Of a DNA stretch of 64,000 bases, positions 58,597 to 64,000 are shown one piece after another. The DNA is taken from contig CM120641.1 in NCBI GenBank assembly GCA_051362555.1, positions 39,314,401 to 39,378,400 of the forward strand. Direction: 5' to 3'. The notes beneath the pieces are model-generated. The model saw only the letters and a program-made list of their open reading frames with translations, had not been told where the DNA came from and made no database searches. The position numbers and the translations under genes are program-made. Position 1 is the first letter of the stretch; every line of letters begins with the position of its first letter. The DNA is from Lingula anatina. Lineage: Eukaryota > Animalia > Brachiopoda.

Positions 58597-61287
58597 GTGA
58601 GTTTCATTTTTATAACCTGTAATTAAATTTTATTGTGCAAAATTTTAATTGGTTTTGAATAAAATTAGGAATGATGTGTTATTTATGGATTTGTGGTTGT
58701 TTCTCTTAACCTTTTGTCATTTTAAATGAAAAATAAATAAGACCAGATTGTTTTAGGATTGGTGCATATATGTGAAAAGGTCCATTTTATTCTGAAACTG
58801 AGCTGGACAAGGGCTCTAAAGAGAGAATTTTATATAATAATACAGAGATATTTAAGCAGGTAGAGTTGTAATCAGGCATTACTGCATAATCTGTGTCATC
58901 CCATATAGATATTCTGATAACTTTCTCACCTATTTAGTATCAACTTCATATTTTAAGGTGATCAAATCATTATGCCTGTCTCTTTGATTGTCTGTCACAT
59001 CTGTCAATCATCTGAGTATTGTACCTTACAATCCAAAAAAACTAAATACAGCAGGAATAAAAATTGCTGGTTACGGGGTGCATATTATTTATCAGTTTTC
59101 TTTCAAATTGTGATTTAAATTGAATTTTAAGTGTCATAGCATCAAATTTTAAGGCTCTGCAGTTCATTATCAGCTACTTCGAATAGTGAGATTATCACAT
59201 TTGTTAGAGGTTTTATCTACAAGGAAGTCTTTGCTGACATATTATTTGAGACATGGACAGCAATATTTACATGCATGATTCATTTGGTTACAATGGAATC
59301 AAGTAAAAAACATTATCCCTAGTAGCTGGTTAGGTATACAGACTGTATCAGGTCCTAGATCATTGATCATTATGGCCTGATTATACTGAAATTGATAGAG
59401 ATTGGTTTCTTGGTGATTCATATTATATGTCACAGGTACATATATCATTAGTTTTAAAAGGTGTCAATGGTATTTTTTTTTTTTTTTTTGATAATTTCAT
59501 ATTGAATTTCTAGTGGTGTAGTGTTGTAGATGACTCTGTTGCTGGTTAAAGATATTTATGGCACAGATGGAATACAGATATTTACAGATTCTTAAACATA
59601 TGGTAATGAGTTCTACCTTTCTAACTTTCCAAATGACTAATGTTTGATATAATATTTGGAATGTATGGATTATATATTAAATCACTTTTTATTTGAAAGG
59701 TTGTTTTAAAATAGCTGGAGACACTTGATATATATATTTGAATGTTCAAATACTTTAAGCTTTTCACTGCCTAGCTAATTTATCCAGACTGATAACAAAC
59801 AAAATAACAAAATGTCCCTGCTCACAAATCTATCGCAAATCTCTTTCATTCTTATTCAATATCACACGCTTCTAAAAGTGTAAGTTTCTTATTGACAAGA
59901 GGCTGTGGAAAGGATTGTGTTATTAATAGACTGTCTGACACGTGGAAAAGAAAATGGACATGCACATTGTGACAGTTAAATATATATAGGTACCAAATGA
60001 ATGAAAATGAAAATTCATTTCCTGAAGAGTATTGCTTCAAGTCTTAACAATTTGAAAGGTTGGAGGGGTTAAAGTAGGTTTCTAACTGTAGAACCACTGT
60101 AGGGAGCTATAAATAAATCTTATTGGAATAGTGAAAAGAAGAAAAGACCCTTACCAACCATTTAAGGCATCTCCAAATGACACTGTTTGACGTCATTATG
60201 TCTAAAAATAAATCTTGCAGGACAATGTAAAATCCACAAGCCCCATTTATGAGCTGCAGCAATCTTAATTGTTTGAGAAATCTGGTCAGCGGCAAATGTT
60301 TTCCATGCTTCATTTAAGCAGTGTTATTTAACCGTAATGTTGCTTAATTAACACCAGCTCCTGGCACGTAGAAGGGGTAATAGTGTAAGCTGTGAAGTAA
60401 GTGTGGTAAGGTACTATTTCTTTTAGAAAAGGTTTAGATATTTTTAAAAGTTAAGTGGAGTGCAATGTGCACAGCGACATCCTTTATTAGTTGTGCTGAA
60501 AACACCAGGTTCTTTACCTTTTTATTGAAAAGATATTTATCTTTGAGGACTTTGAGTGATCTCTACAGTTGATGAAACAAGGTACCACTTTATATCATAC
60601 ACTGTCACAGTTTTGAAGTTATAAAAACTGCTAATTTTATTCTTTTTGTTATTGCATCATAGGATTGGAATCAAATGATTCCATTTTTTTCTAACAAGAA
60701 AACGTTGCATGGTCTGAAAGGCAAATTGAAAACAAACTGCAGCAGTTATTTCAGGTTTTATTGCTAAGCCTCAAAACAAATGTTGTATCATGCAATAAGA
60801 TTTTGCCTAGGTGCGCAAGCTGTTGCCATGAAATAAGTTGCCTTGTAGTTGTGGTTAATTGAATACTGCTGTAGCATTATGTTCCTGTCCAGATAGTGTA
60901 CTTACCTTGACTGCACAAGTGTTATCTGTGCGAATAGCCGTCAGCTCTGGCCTTCACTTTTGACAGGCTTAACTGGGAATCCATTACTGTAAAGTTTAAT
61001 TGTGAAATAGCATTACATGCACCGTAAGTGCTAGATCAACAATGTGAGTCAAAGGCAATATTTGTTCAAAAATCATTTTAAAAATAACTCAGTTTTCTTA
61101 AGATCACGTTTCTGCGTAAATGCCCATTACTAAATGACTGGTTAGAGCCGTGCGCGTGAAAACACTTCTAATCAATATAGCCTTAGATGTGATGCCTTAG
61201 AATAATTTACAAATGTAACCCTGTTTTGCATATTCATATATAGTTAAACAAGCACTGTGAAGTGTTATGCTGATATTCATGCTTTTT

Positions 61288-61379
61288 TTTTGTCAAATGC
61301 ATATAGTATAACTATATGCATTTGACAAATGCATATAGTTATACTATATGCATTTGACAAAATGCATATAGTATAACTA
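61288..61379. repeat. Reiterated palindrome
   Basis: TGTCAAATGCATATAGT-AT-AACTATATGCATTTGACA-like unit repeated about 2.5 times in alternating orientation. Confidence 0.9.
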
Positions 61380-64000
61380 AGAGCTTTTAATAATTGCATT
61401 GTAACCATGCATGCACATATATATATATATATAATGATTAATTTTCTTAAAATATTTTTATTTTTTCAAATACAGAAATACCTTCTACACTGACCAGTCC
61501 TGTGTGAACTTGTATTCCAGACACCATTGAATTTTTTTTCTGTCATAAGTTCAACTATCCAGACCATTATTTGTATGTGGTCAGTGTAGCATTTTAAAAG
61601 GGCGGAGTTTCCAATTGCAGTATAAAAGGTGACAATGGAACATTACAAAGACCTATCATCAAACAAAGCTACAGCTGTCCATGTCTTTCATATATTCTAA
61701 TACATTGTACAGTGTTGGAAGCACAGTATATTTCAGTTAGAATTGGTGCTTGTCAGAGCCCTTCTTTTCAATGCATATTCCCTAAATTCTTTTTGTCAGA
61801 AGTTATTTTACTACAAAATTTGTAGGAATGGGGTCCTACACAAAGTTCTTGGCATAGGAAAGGGTTAGCTTTTGTCCTTCAGAAGAAAAATAGGGTTATA
61901 TAAGACTGAAAGCATTGTGGCTTTGTCTGGTGTTTGGTTGATTTTCTCTCTAGTGTTTGGAGGATTTCAAGCAAGGTTTTTATTGACAAACAGTCCGTGA
62001 TAAACATAATAAACCAAAGTCACTGAGCATAAGATTCGACTTCTACATTATTTGTCGGGTAACAGGTTGACTAATTTTGATACTGTATAAAATTATGATG
62101 CATGGGTACGATGCAGTCATTTTATGATTGTTAAGTCAGTGAAATATTTGCCATCGATCAACCACTTGAGATTTCACTAGTAAGAAAGGGTAAAGTTTTT
62201 CCAACTGTGCATTTCAGAATATCTTTATTTATATTTTTTGTATGCTTTTCTATAATGCTTAGCTTATAACATGGACAGAAAAGCATTTTGTATATTTAGA
62301 ATTATCTGGTGGGCAACTCTGTATTGTTACACATACATATAGAACTAAAGTATGCAATCAGTCGTTGATTGCTTAATGTTGAAGGCATGCATTGCATGTT
62401 AAATCTACACACACATACACACACACACACACACACACCTTGTTGGAAATTTCAGTTTTTTTTCCATAGTCACAAAGGTATGGTGTACACCATATCTAAA
62501 ACCGTTGACAAAATTACTATCTATAAACCTATGTTTAAGCTTAAAGGTTCTTGTTTAAGGGAGATGGATATTTAAGGATTGTTCTTTCCTTATCAGCTAA
62601 GGCAGAAATAAACACTATCATGTAATGAGATAATGCTATCCCATCAAAGTTGCATCGAGGTGAATTGTTAACTTAAGCTGATGAAGTAACAGCAATTTTT
62701 TGAAGTAAAAACTGTAATTTTTCACTTTTAAACAGATCTCTCTCACCTTACATCTAGCAATACTGTTTTTATGCCTATTCAATCACTACAACCTGGTGCC
62801 AGGGAATGTTATGGAAAGGTTATAAAAGCAGCCTTTTTTAAATGAAACATTAGAATTTAAAACCAAATGCTGGCACTGGAATGTGGCTCACAACCTAGTA
62901 GTCAAGCATACCAATTTTCAAGATATTTTACTTAGTTACAGAATTGCTGAGGAAAATGATCTCTATCTCACACTTATTTATAAAGCAGTGAAATTGTCAA
63001 TTAAGGCTTATCCAACTTATGTGCAAAAGTGCATGGGGTGGTGATTTAAGTGACTAAAAAGAAAACTGTGCTCTCAAAGTGTCTATTTTTATTGCAAAAA
63101 TACAGCTGTATTAAGATAATTATTTCACATAAAAGAATTGGGGGGGGGGGGAGCTAATTTGTTAAATATAGGTCTTTATAATTTACTGATACCCTTTAAG
63201 AAAAGAAGTTAAGAAATCATTGATGGGGATTTTAGATCAAATTTTTAAAACGTTTTTGGATATGACATACCTTAATGTCTAGGAAAATAAACTTGCTGTA
63301 GAAAGGTCTAACATGCATAATGCATCCTATGAACAAAACAAAAAAAAAAAAAAAGAAAAAAGATTTTTCTTTCTGAGGGCTGTTGTGTATTTTGATTTTG
63401 TTTTAGAATTTTGATCCAGTTAAAAGGTATTTGTGGTTTTATTACAAGGTGTTTGTACTGACATCAGTCTGATAACATGATATACAGCTATTTTGAAACC
63501 TTAATAATTTGACTTTCCAAGTGAAATTATATGATCGGAAGCCATACTAGTTCCCTGACAAACTATTTGTATTGGGAGTATCATATTTGTCATATACATG
63601 CCACTAACAGGATGTTAATGCTCCACTTTTGGAAACAAATCACTTGGTATTGGTAAATAAGTCATAAATGAGACTTGTTTCTCTTGGTTAGAGCTTCAGC
63701 TGAAAACAAGGTAGTTTTGAAGCAGTGTTAAAATACGTGAGCATGTGTACATGAAGCAAGTGTGGAGTAAGAGCGCTATTTATTTTTTTAAAAAAATCTC
63801 TTATGTCTATCACAGCAGCAAAGAATCTTATTGAAATTTCAGTGATTTTATTGTTCTTTTGGTAATGTAAATTTTCATGCAAAGGCACCAACAGTTCATG
63901 TCCTTAATAAAAAAAAAAGCATTGCCTGGGGAATCGGCTATATATAAACTAGCCTGTATCAATGACATACTGTACTCTACCAGTGTATTTACCTGATATT

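Noticed and set aside
58597-64000. Further exons or genes in the last 5.4 kb
   Set aside because: Only short AT-rich ORFs without convincing splice-phase support; treated as intron of the right-hand gene.

Overview
AT-rich, intron-containing animal genomic DNA; the gene and transposon complement suggests a marine invertebrate such as a mollusc (inference). Exons were assembled by hand from GT-AG sites and checked for phase. Left half, a compact gene cluster: (1) a minus-strand GH116/GBA2-like glycosidase with a signal peptide and an inserted PAN/apple module, running off the left edge; (2) head-to-head with it, a 369-aa orphan gene joining a TBP-like N-terminal region to a PLD/nuclease-like domain whose HxK motif reads NxK; (3) complete SLC25A21, whose 7-kb first intron holds a decayed LINE interrupted by a DIRS-like gag fragment, a MITE and an ISL2EU-type transposon; (4) complete ABCC10/MRP7 (17 coding exons), with Helentron/HINE-like arrays in one intron and an intact intronless 129-aa gene nested in a 5'-UTR intron. 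From 35.4 to 51 kb the DNA is intergenic: MITEs, a possible protein-primed PolB relic, a 34-bp G-rich minisatellite, a solo LTR and a 4.6-kb foldback element rich in YY1 and RFX motifs. That element abuts the promoter of an unidentified Pro-rich multi-exon gene that runs off the right edge. The best novelty candidates are the TBP-like/pseudo-PLD gene, the nested gene, the secreted PAN-GH116 and the RFX/YY1 foldback. No database searches were run.
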